Shown piece by piece: positions 25,794 to 36,949 of a stretch of DNA of 64,000 nucleotides (position 1 is the first letter of the stretch; every line of letters begins with the position of its first letter). The notes under the pieces are model-generated. The model was not told the origin of the DNA and did not search any database. It was given only the letters and a program-made list of their open reading frames with translations. This DNA is from Azolla caroliniana (taxonomy: Eukaryota; Plantae; Polypodiophyta), in the NCBI GenBank assembly GCA_043228905.1, contig JBHGNT010000012.1:4402001-4466000 (forward strand). The letters run 5' to 3'. The position numbers and the translations under genes were made by a program.

Positions 25794-26737
25794 GAAAGGA
25801 ACACTTTACGTACCCCCTTGGAGCACTCTATCATTACAAGTATGTTGGCCGCGTCTGCATCTTCGTAGTCAAATCGTAGAATACGGCCATACATAAATGG
25901 GGTTTCCTTTCCAAGCTGCCCCTCCTCCTTCTTCTTTGCTATATACAATACGACTTTTTTCTTTGAGTCGACATCTTGCATACACCATTCCTTGTCCGTT
26001 AGATCACGGTCAGGAAGGTCTTCACCTCCAGTAGCTGCTACAAGTTTCTTTTGGCTAACCTCAATGTGTGGTTGAGATTTTGACTCCTCGTTGAAGAGAA
26101 GCTTTTTTCCTCTCTTCATGGACTCGGGAGCTACTAGGGTCTGTGTTTCAATTGGAGAACCCTGTATACGGAGCTTTATCTTCTTCACAAGTCGGTTCGA
26201 CAAGTTCTCAAACGACCTATTTAAGAAAGGACATGCGAAAACATAAGTTAGGTGGTCACATAGATTAAGGTTGTATATTAAAATACAAATAAGTACATAA
26301 AGAAATAAACTAGTGGACGATTTGTGGTGAACTATAAATATCAATCATGCATTCAGTGTACATGGTAGTCCTATATTCATAAATCTATTCTAGTAAGGGC
26401 TATTCAACTTAGAAAATATATATCGTAATAAGTATACAAGGTTATATATTGTCTTGATGGGCAGTTATGACTTATATTGATTCCATAACTATATTGTAGA
26501 TAATTTGCATATGATAGACTTGAGATTGGTATCGTAAAGGTAATTTGTGGGTTATTTTCTACTATTTTAAGCTATAATAGGTCATAAAACCCCTATAATT
26601 AAGGCCCCTTTTTTAAAAAAAGTAAGGCAAGTCGACATAAAAAAGACTGATTTTGACAGATAGTTTGATATCCTTTCTCACAATACTAAATTGTTGCCCC
26701 AAAAACACAATATTCCTCTTTCAAGATCTTCTTTTAT

Positions 26738-27170
26738 ACAGGTACTCGATACGGGGTATCGAGTTCCTGTTTAAAACGCAAACATAATTTAGGAACTCGA
26801 TCAGCGGTATCGAGTTCCTGTTTTAAACACAAATATTGTACAAGAAATCGATACGCCGTATCGAGTTCCTGTTTAAAAAGCAAAGAAAATAGAGGAACTC
26901 GATACGAGTTCCTGTTTAAAACCTAAACTTTAAACACGAACTCGGTACGGCGTATCAAGTTCCTCTTTAAAACCTAAACTTTAAACAAGAACTCGATCGC
27001 CGTATCAAGTTCTTGTTTAAAAAGCAAAGAAAAAAATAGGAACTCAAACCAAAATATCGGGTTCCTGTATAAAACCAAAACTTCAAATAGAAACTCGATA
27101 CGCCATATTGAGTTCTTGTATAAAGTTTGTATTTTATACAGGAACTCGATACGGCGTATTGAGTTCTTGA
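26738..27170. repeat. Array of 9 about 50-bp units, each a palindrome with consensus CAGGAACTCGATACG(G/C)CGTATCGAGTTCCTG
   Basis: Units near 26740, 26791, 26841, 26892, 26935, 26985, 27038, 27088, 27139, inside intron 1 of the MTase gene. Confidence 0.85.
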
Positions 27171-27365
27171 GTGACGAAACATATTTACAGAAATGTCCAT
27201 AGTGTCAGAGGCCTACCTGGAGTCCTAGAGCTCGATTCTCTTTGAAGACATGGTTGATCTTGTCGAAGTGGAGGCGGAGATCGTGCTTTCGTGCTTCGTG
27301 CTCTGTTCGCTCTGTGTGCTCTTGTATGCTCTTATGTGCTCTTGTGAGTGAAATATGACGAGGTC

Positions 27366-27380
27366 TTCCTATTTATAGGG
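27366..27380 (-). promoter_or_regulatory. Putative TATA box (CTATAAATAG) of the ParB-MTase gene
   Basis: About 120 bp upstream of AACC-ATG at 27251; repeated CCAAT motifs at 27600-27775. Confidence 0.5.
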
Positions 27381-28689
27381 ATTGACCACAGTGGTTAAAG
27401 GAACCACAATCACCTTAACCAGGGTTGGTAAGCTTGAGGTTAGTTAGTTAGTAACCACAGTCACATTAACCAGAGTAACTTATGATTGCATTGATGATTA
27501 CAAAGTCAAACTAACATATTGATGAATCTTTTATAGTCATAATAACTTACAAGGACTTTAAAGGTCATGAAGGACACAATGATAGAGGTTCATGAATGAA
27601 CCAATGATTGATTACTAAAAGCAACATTTTTATGACTCTTAATTGCTGTGTATTAAAGATGTGGGCATGAATGAACCAATGATAGATAAGTCTAATATTT
27701 AAAATGGTGAGCATTAATGAACCAATGACTGAGAAGTTCTATATCAAATATGGGTGCCATTAACTAGCCAATGATTTTAACTTTAATCCAACATATTTAT
27801 GGCTTGGTAATGATTGGAATTATATTATATTTGATTTAACTTCATATAGACCTAGTTTAAATAATTATTGATATTTTAAATAGAATTACTATATTAAAAA
27901 TAATATTTTTTATGGATTGTATTAATATAATATCAAATAATATAGACATTATATTGAGGGAGCTTTTGTTTAGAAACACCGGGTCATTTGAAACAGGTAA
28001 AATGTCGCATTCTCTTTTTCATATCTTAGTGAGATGTTAAAAAATGCCTTATTTAAGCAGAATTTCAACAAGGCACGACGCATGTGTATGTGGTTTATGA
28101 AAACATAGCGAAAAAAAGAACTAACTAATATCACGTCAACAAAATCATCCGACGTATATTCTATCTACCATGTTTTTGTCCAAATCTTAGACAGGGGTGT
28201 ATTTGTCAACACAAGTATAATAGTAACACGGGTCCTTGTGCATATTCTAAAAAGCATGCCCCATTGAATAAGTGACTTCTTCTAATTATGTGTGTATATT
28301 TAAATATAATACATCTTAAAGCAAATTGTGAACCTTGCAATTAAGAGATACTACTATGTCAAGAGAAAATTTCCATTGACACGTGATACATGACACTGTC
28401 AATGTATAAATAAACTAGTCTACAATAACATTCCAATCATACGAGTAAATGATAGAGTATAAACTTATCTCCGATATACCCCAAATGATAAAGGAGAGTT
28501 TAGATAACATGTACACATACAAGTATACTTAATTTCTAAGTTCAATGATTGTTACACGAAAATTATAAGTAAGCTCAACTTTTATATTACGTCAAAATTT
28601 AACAATTCATATTGTTCAAAATTTACAATAAGCCATAACCATTCAATCGAATAATAAGTCTGGTAAAGCCGTCTACTCAGGATTAGCTC

Positions 28690-28992
28690 TTTCATCAGGA
28701 TTGTCCTCATTGGCTTCGTCAGTACGCTAAGTTGAATTGTTAGTATGTTTAGACTCTGAAACGTCTTCTAATTCAACAAGTTGCCCTGCGTCTTCATCTA
28801 TAGTTCCACAAGTTTTCTAAAAGTCATCTGGAACATCTAAGTTTTATTGATATGCTTTGCCCCAACTTCTTGGTCTTGATCAGGACAACCCCGAATACCT
28901 TGGATCCTCATTTTGATGACATTAACTTGCTCAAGGTCCTTCTCTAATGCAACAGAGTTCCTGATAATCTTTAAGGCGTATGTTTTAGTAGT
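28690..28992 (-). pseudogene. Diverged remnant of the last MTase exon
   Basis: TTKTYALKIIRNSVALEKDLEQVNVIKMRIQGIRGCPDQDQEVGAK aligns to TTFACALKLFRNTIALEKDEEQVIFINMRSKAFWECPDQDEEVGAK (17419-17771). Confidence 0.82.
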
Positions 28993-29149
28993 AAATGACA
29001 GTAGAATAAAATTGCACAGGTAACATCAAACTGAAGAATCGAATATAACGTTAATCTAAATTGATGTAAGTTTTATATTATATATCTGTGTCAGAAAACT
29101 AATCTAAAACCCATTGAAAATTTGAAACAATAAAATTTGAAAAAATAAA

Positions 29150-31085
29150 AAATCTTGGATTTTTAATTGGAATCCAATGCGATGCACTAGATTTCAGTTG
29201 AAAATCCAAGTTTTTTTTTTGTATTTTTAAAAAAAAATTCCATTAAAAAATAAAAAATGGATTTTCAGCTAAAATACTATGCACTACATTATATTTTAGT
29301 ATATATAGCTAGAATCTAATGCAATGCGATGGATTAGAGTCGAAAATCCTTTTTTCTTTTTTCTTTTTCCAATGTTATTTATTTATTTATTTTCCATATA
29401 AAAAAATAATAAACGGCTTTTCAACTGAAATCCGATACACTACATCAGATCGTAGTCTATACAGCTAGACATTGATGCATTGCATCAGATTTTAGCTGGC
29501 AATCCTCTTTCTTTTCAATTGTTTTTCATTTTTTCAAAAAATAAATAAAAATATATTAAAAAAGTGGATTTCCAATTGAAATCTAATGCACTACATCGAA
29601 TTTCAATTAAAAATCCAAATTTCTTTTAGGTTTTTCATAAAACAATGAGATAATAAAAGAATATTACATTTTCAACAAAATCTGAACCATTGAGTCGGAT
29701 TTCAATTGCAAATTAATGTTTTATGAAAAAACATAAGAAAAATATTGGACTTTCAACGGAAATCCGATGCACTGCATCGGACTTCTGTTCAAACTCGGTG
29801 ATTTTGAACGGAAATTCGATGCAGTGCATCGGATTTCCATTGAAAATCCTGTTGAAAATGATCTGTTTTCAACGGGAATCCGATGCAGTGCATCGGATTC
29901 CCGTTGAAAACACATCATTTTAAATGGAGAAAATCACAATTTGTTTATTTTTAACACTTTTTTAGAGAAAAATATAAACAAATAAGAAAATTTGTAAACA
30001 AACAAGAAAAAGTGGACTTTCAATGGAAATCCGATGCAGTGCATTGGATTTCCTTTGAAAATCCATTTTTTTTCAATTCCTATATATTTATTTATGATAA
30101 AAACAAAAACAATTCAAAATATCTGAAAAATTGGAAACAAATAAGACAAAATGGATTTTCAATAGAAATCCGATGTAGTGCATCGGATTTCTGTTGAAAA
30201 CCCATTTTTTGCAATTTTTATTTATTTATTTATAGGAAAAAATGAAAAAAAAATTAAAAAATACAAAAAAATATTTTAAAATATGAAAATTTGGTAACAA
30301 ATAGCAAAAAGTGGACTTTCAATAGAAATCCGATGCAATGCATCGGATTTCCTTTGAAAATTCATTTTTTCAATTTCTATATAGTTATTTATGAGGAAAT
30401 AGAAAAACAAAATACCAAAAAAATTCTAAAAACTATGAAAATTTGGAAAAAAATAAGAAAAAGTGGATTTTCTACAGAAATCCGATGCAGTGCATCGGAT
30501 TTCCATTGAAAATCTATTTTTTATAGAAAAAAGTCAAAACAATTCAAAAAAATTCAAAGAAAAAAGCAAATTTGGAAAAAAATACGTAAAAGTGGACTTT
30601 CAACCAAAATCCGATGCAGTGCATCGGATTTCCGTTGAAAATACATTTTTTCAATTTTTATTTATTTTTTTATGGGAAAAATAAAAACAAATTCAAAAAC
30701 AATTCAAAAAATAAGAAAATTTTCAAAAAAATAAGAGAAATTGGATTTTCAATTGAATCCGATGCACGGAATTGGATTTCCATTGAAATCTAATTTTTCA
30801 ATTTTTATTTATTTATTTACGAGTAAAATAAAAAATGTTTATTTATTTATTTATGGGAAAATGTTTTATTTTTTCAATTTGTATTTATTTATGTATTTTC
30901 GGGAAATCCATGCAATGTATCATATTTTAGTCTATGTAGCTAGAATTCAATGCAATGCATTAAAATGCAAGAGTATTTTTTTAATGGAAATTTTTAAAAA
31001 AATTCCAAGACTTATAGGAATCTGATGCATTATATCCAATTCTAGATGTATAGAGTAAAATTCGACATGTTGCGTCAAATCTAGA
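29150..31085. repeat. Array of about 15-20 palindromic units, consensus GGATTTTCAATGGAAATCCGATGCAGTGCATCGGATTTCCATTGAAAATCC, separated by A/T tracts
   Basis: Best units at 29747, 29805, 29865, 30012, 30152, 30311, 30463, 30592; spacing 50-160 bp. Confidence 0.88.
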
Positions 31086-31211
31086 TGGAATGAATTGGAT
31101 TTCTGTACGACATCAAAGGCTTACTATGAGAATCTAAGAAAAATGGAAAACATCTTTAAGACATTTTTTAGATTCTAATGATTTTGGTAAAAAGTTTCTC
31201 TCACATAATCT

Positions 31212-31556
31212 AATCTTGTAAATGGAAAGTACATAATGAAATATCATAACCAAAAAGTGAGGAGGAAAGATGCATCAAGCACATCTACTCTTACATTGGA
31301 TAATGTTTATATATTATTGTATGAGTTATCTTTGACCAAAACAAGTTATCTGTGACAGACCACAATGAAGATACTAAAAGAGGATCTGGAATGTGGCTTT
31401 AGACACAACACAAAGACAAACAAGAAGCATGACTCATAAACTCGATGAGGTTGGATTGCAATTGGATCAACACAATGCATTAGTTGCCATTGATGATGAG
31501 GATGAGACTTCATAAACTCGTACCAGTTCATATAATGGGTATGAAGATGATGACAT
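31212..31556 (+). pseudogene. Diverged remnant of the transposase C-terminus
   Basis: NLVNGKYIM..STLTLDNVYILLYELSLTKTSYL*QTTMKILKE..LDQHNALVAIDDEDETS aligns to NAFTGRYTL..TLTLDISDVDIIVYDFTLTKAGQLRKSTIDIIKE..YDEDNALIGTFEDDEEESS (34457-34785). Confidence 0.78.
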
Positions 31557-32001
31557 AAACTTGAAAAATGATTGTCCTGATATGTTAACTATAAATATTG
31601 TATTGCACATCAAGATTTGGATTCAGAATTTCTATAAATATTGGGGTTAGTCATTTTGGACATTCATTTGTAAGTTTGGCATGTCCATTATTTAGGCATT
31701 TTTTTGAACACCTAAATTTCCGTACATGTTAAAAATCAATATATTTTTGGGTCATTTTTAAAATTCCTTTACGCATGCGGCACCCCTTTTTGTGAATCAC
31801 CCTAATTTGTGTCATTTTTTGATGGACAGTTCTCAAAATGTGACATATTACCTGTTTCAAATGTCCCGGTGTTTTAGAGAGGAGTATATGTTTAGAGGGG
31901 AGTTTATATTTAGAGAGGAGTATATGTTTAGAGAGGAGCTTATTAGTTTTTTGCCTTAGCCTAAGAACATAACTTAAAGAGACCTATCTAGACCTTAAGC
32001 C

Positions 32002-34817
32002 ATGAGTGAAGATTCACCGTTCTCGATTGAAGAATATTGTTTGTCGACAGACTCACCATATTCTATCGAAGAATATTGTTTGAGCTCATCTTCACCTACA
32101 GGGAATGTAAATAATGACACATGTGAAGAGTTCTCTATTGAAGAATACGATATTAATAAAGATACGGAGAATGAAGGTAGTGCCAATGAAACATCGAATA
32201 ACATTGGCGATGATCACAACAAAGAATTAGATTGTAACAAGGTTACACCAACCTCTATGCAGGAAGAGAAATCTTGAAGCCCTATGCATATTAGAAGAAT
32301 CCCACGAAGAATTCGTTTGGCTAGATTTAGCTTGGTGACATCAGATAAACAGATTGGATTTGATATCAAAAAAATATGTTGTGCCCGTGGTTGTATGTCT
32401 ATGATTGGAAAATCAAAGTTGCGAGAATTAAGGCGATACTATTTTTCGATGACTGGTGATGAGCAAAACACTTACCTCGGGTCACATATGCAACTAGTAT
32501 CTGACAAATGTACGGGGATCAAAGTATCATTCGAGTATTATATCTTCCATGTGCAACAGATATGTAGAGTTGCATTCAAAATTGCGTTATGTGTTAGTAA
32601 CATGCGGCTACATAGAGTACAACAACGTCTACTTAGCGGGGATCAGATGCTCAATTGTAAAGAGGTTCCAAGTATGAAAGGTGCAATTGGAAGACATGCT
32701 ATTGGTTGGATGAAAAGTTACTTTCAGTTAAATTGTGAAGTAATACCCACTACAAGTAGGATGCACCTTTCTGATAATTATACACGTCGGGAAGTTTATG
32801 ATGTCTATCAATCTGATATGGTGGGCTCACCACTACAAGTAGGATGCACCTTTCTGATAATTATACACGTCGGGAAGTTTATGATGTCTATCAATCTGAT
32901 ATGGTGGGCTCACGTAATAAGTCTATCACATATAGCCAATTCACAAGATTATGGAGAGCTCCGTTTTCAAATGTTATCATTCCACGTAAAGTACGCATGG
33001 GGCATTGCTCCATTTGTGCAAATCTTAAAAGTTTGGCTAAAGGTGCAAAGACATCAATAGAAAAGGATATGAGTAAGAAGTTACTACAAGAGCATCGTGA
33101 GGCTCAATCGTTAGAACGAAAGAAGGCGATGCATCATAGAGAGAAGTGTTTGAAGAGGCCCGAACAATACATTGCTTAATGATAGATGGCATGGACCAGA
33201 AAAAGACGTGCTTGCCGCATATGCGGAGGCTCCCCAAAGATGTCAATGATGAGTGCCTTGTTCAAATGCACTTCTTATGATGAGGTGGGTTCATATGCGA
33301 TGGAATGCTTGGCTTATAATAGGTTTGTTGGACCTCACATCTTCATTACATACCCCAATGTGCACAATGACCCTAACCTAACAGTTACAGTGATTCACCG
33401 AGTTTTGATGTCTTGAGGCCAACCTTTCCCCCCTGTTCTATACATTCAATTGGACAATACTACTAGAGAGAACAAAAATTCAATTGTGTTTGGCTATCTA
33501 AGTATGTTGGTCAACCAAGGATTGTTTAGGAAAGTGAAAGTCAATTTTCTTTTGGTTGGCTACACACATGACCATATAGATTAGATGTTTAGCACATTCT
33601 CCAGATAGTTGTCTTGGCATGATGCTTTCACTTTACCTAAACTATTTGATGTCATTTGTGATGCATATACACCACGCCCAAAAGTGTTACACTTGAAGGA
33701 GGTATATGACTTTAAGAGATATATATCAAATGGGGGTGGTGGGAATGTTAAAGTGCTTGCCCAGCTAAATAATATAAGTTTCAATCACATTTCTATGATA
33801 AAGAAAAATGAAATAAGTGGTTCTACACTTTTGCATGCTTAACAATATTCATCTTCTACAACATGGGAACTTGAAGGTGGTTGCCAGTTATTACTTTGTA
33901 TGCCGAGCACAATTGTCCATGGAGCTAAGCAAATGCCAATTGAGAAGAAAGGATAGTTGCAGAGTGTCTTGGTATCGGAACAAAAACGGTCATGGCTCCA
34001 AGCCTTAGAAGAAAAAAGAAAGCATATTGAAGCCGCCAAGAAATATGCCGCACAACAAGACACGTCATGGTGGGATGTATTTTATAGTGATCAGAAAGGA
34101 ATTATAGACAATTGTTTATTTGGTGATAATTGGAATTTGAAAACGCCATTCACATGGTCGCTGCAATATGATTGTGTAAATAGAACTCCGAAGCAACCAC
34201 CAAATGCGATTAATGACAACTTGGTCCATCCACAACAAATATACATTTATGTGGGACCAAGAATGACCAAAGTAGCTGAAGCTAGATGGCAAGGCAATTT
34301 GCAAGAGCTCACGGCGGGGATGTTGATTGCAACGCCGGTTGATGAGAACTCACATGGTCACCAATTTTGGGTGGGTAAAATTCTGGAAGTGCTAATGCAT
34401 GAAATAGAAAACACGATCAAGTCTATAAACATTCATTGGTACAACACTAGAAGTGCAAATGCTTTTACAGGTAGGTATACATTGGAGATGATTGAATGCC
34501 CAACAAGAAGGGGGGGTAGGAAGAGGAAGCGAAACATTTGTAACACCTTGACCCTTGATATCTCTGATGTGGATATCATCGTGTACGACTTCACACTTAC
34601 AAAAGCCGGACAATTAAGGAAGTCAACAATAGATATAATAAAAGAAAAATTACTAGGTCTACAAGTTGGCTCGACTCAAAGGCAAACGAGATTTGCTACA
34701 TATAGTCTAGAGTCAAACCATTTGGTTTATGACGAAGATAATGCACTAATTGGTACATTTGAGGATGACGAGGAGGAATCGTCATTGTATATTAGTTATA
34801 GTAGTGATTCTCCGTAA
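32002..34817 (+). pseudogene. Sola1-like DDE/D transposase (DUF7869-type motifs) with C-terminal Tudor/SH3-like region
   Basis: ICCARGC, ICRVAFKIALCVS, CSICANL..H..A..R, IDGMDQKKT (about 33184), LYIQLDNTTRENKN (about 33453), FLLVGYTHDHID (about 33555). Stops, frameshifts and an 83-bp tandem duplication (32747-32912). Confidence 0.78.
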
Positions 34818-35185
34818 CGGAGTGATCATGAATGTATTTTTGGTTATTAAGTGTAACTACATTCCATTTGTAACGAATTGAGTAATATAAAAGCATGTGT
34901 TTTGAATTCTTATGATTTCTAAAAAATTGTTTATTATAAAATAACATTGGTTGTAAAGTTTGTGATATAAATTGCAAATGTAACTTTTTGAAATTCCTCA
35001 TTTTTTAGTTACTTCTAAATCATAAAAATAGTGGATTTTTAACCTTTTTCATAGTATATTTGAACATGTATGATACTGGTATCAATGTATTTTGTAAAAT
35101 CATTGAAAAAGTACTAAAATCAACCAAAATATTCATTGTCCTTCCATTTATGCGTGATCCTTCCACTTGTGAATGCGAACGTGTT

Positions 35186-36480
35186 AAAGATGTTTTAGCA
35201 AAAGGTGTGGAAGAAAACATCCCCCACAAATCCAAGTAAGTTTCATATTTATTTTAATTTTTTATGGTTTCCTAACTTTAAACCTCCAAATGTTTGCTAA
35301 TGTTTTAAGATCAAATCATTTTGTAATACCCTTTTAGGTACGAAGATGTTTTGAAGTTATTTGACATACAATGGAAATGGTTCAAGAGGCCGATCCACCT
35401 TGTAGCTCATTTGTTGCATCCGATGTGGAGAGAGGAGGCTACATTTATTAACCCCAAGTTAATGGATGCATGGATGAGCTATACAGAAAAATTGTACTTG
35501 ACACTTGAATGTGATATCTTATTTTGTGAATTGCATGAATATCGAAATGGTACGGGGACATTTAGTTATGCATTAGCACGTGAGGAGATATCTATGATAA
35601 TGCTAGTCACATGGTGGGAAAATTTTGGTGGAAGAACTCCAAAGCTCCAAGCATTAGCTGTCCACATATTATCCCAAGTAAGTGTCAAGTGTTGAAAAAA
35701 TGATCAATTTTATAGTAAAGTTCTAAAATACCACACTTTTGTGTACTACATTTTATTTCATATTTTGTTTTCTATTAGGATTGCTCTTCTAGGGCAGTGG
35801 AAAGGAATTGGAATGCACATGCTCTTGCACATACAAAAAATAGAAATAGACTAAAGCTAGCACAACTTGAACGGTTGGTATATGTGCGAGAGAACTTAAG
35901 GCTAGTTCGCAAGTTTGAGACTGTGAATGCATCTCCAATGCAGGTATTGTTTTATTCACTTTTTATAATTTATATTCCTTAAATTTCGTTAGTACTAGTA
36001 AGTAGTTATTGCCATAGACACATTAGTTTGTGATACTGAGAAGTTAAGCTTTTATAAACTTGTTTGCAGGTGAATCCAAATGAGATAGATGTCTCTAAGA
36101 CTCCTGATATTCCATCTATTAACCATCACAATGATATGGATAGAGAATTCTATGAAACGTATTTTCAAGAAACAAGGAGCAGGAGAAGAAGGACAAGGAG
36201 CATGACAAGATCACATACGACAACATCAAGCGATGGAATCCCTACTAATTGAATACGGAGGAAGAGGCCAAGAAGAGATGATGAGCGGTCTTCTTGTAAT
36301 AGGAGAATAACAAGATCAAGTACATTTGCTTCTTTACAATTAAATGATCAAGATAATGTCAATGCAATAGAAGAAGCAATTCATACAAATTATGATGATC
36401 TTACTGACGAAGAACCGGTGTTGATGTCATCAACTAACACTGAATCTGATGATGAAGATGGTGATGAGGACGAGATCTAA
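35186..36480 (+). pseudogene. hAT transposase, 3' part (dimerisation domain), with introns
   Basis: PIHLVAHLLHP, WWENFGGRTPKLQALAVHILSQ, ERNWN..HTKNRNRL..LVYVRENL; GT-AG introns about 35236-35337, 35677-35778, 35944-36069. Confidence 0.88.
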
Positions 36481-36949
36481 TGACTAATACTTATAATTTC
36501 TATACGTTATTATTAAGCTCAATAGCCTTATGTTACTTTTCTTTGATCTAAGCCCATTTTGATACATTGGAGTCTTGGACATAGTTCGAGTTATGTGTTC
36601 TTAGAAGTCAAATATCTGATGTTATGTGTTGTTAAGGTTTTTTTTCTAAATATTGTTCCTAGAATGCATTCTATTTCTTTGACAAAATGCAATGTAAGTG
36701 TATCTCAAATATTTGATGTTATGTATTCTGAAGGTTTTTTCCAAATCAAAAGATGTGGTCTTTTCTTCAATAGGTATGTTGCACTTCTTGTCAATGTGTT
36801 GTTTTTGTCAAAAGTACTATTTTTTTCGTAGAATTTTAGCTTGTCATGAGTCATGAGTCATCATGTGAATTCCCTCAATCATGTGAGGGATATACAATAT
36901 TTTCTTTGTGGCCCGGGCTGTTGTTGTAAATGCCCAACAAGTTTTGCAG

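Larger units (their letters stand above)
17419..27251 (-). pseudogene. Intron-containing ParB/Srx-like domain + beta-class N6-adenine/N4-cytosine DNA methyltransferase fusion gene
   Basis: Exons about 27251-27217, 26216-25794 + 20194-19005 (split by gypsy), 18932-18794, 18710-18244, 18155-17863, 17771-17419. Mostly GT-AG and phase-compatible (last donor appears mutated). ParB-like YFVIRGSHLAEARRQL; motif IV MIADIPYG (DIPY 18438-18449); NPYQKP; motif I GDWILDLFSSI/GTT; RNTIALEKD. Premature stops at 27225, 19925, 17933. Confidence 0.8.
27975..31873. mobile_element. Nested, internally deleted non-autonomous relative of the Sola1-like/ParB-MTase element
   Basis: About 37-bp TIRs AACACCGGG(T/A)CATTTGAAACAGGTAA(A/T)ATGTC(G/A)CATT at 27975-28011 and 31837-31873; TTAGA on both flanks; keeps the 3' ends of both genes. 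Confidence 0.82.
16332..35185. mobile_element. Sola1-like TIR DNA transposon carrying a ParB-methyltransferase gene (about 9.35 kb after removing two nested elements)
   Basis: TIR AACACGTTCGC(A/G)TTCACAAGTGGAAGGAT at 16332 (and 15982) is the reverse complement of 35157-35185. AAAG on both flanks. Excision restores the hAT frame (MQRSK-DVLAK). Confidence 0.88.

Noticed and set aside
29721-31025. Short ORFs with repeated EIRCSASDF/KSDAVHRI peptides
   Set aside because: They are translations of the palindromic repeat array, not genes.
26738-31085. Palindromic repeat-spacer arrays as CRISPR arrays
   Set aside because: Eukaryotic context, no cas genes, and the spacers are low-complexity A/T tracts that are related to each other and variable in length.
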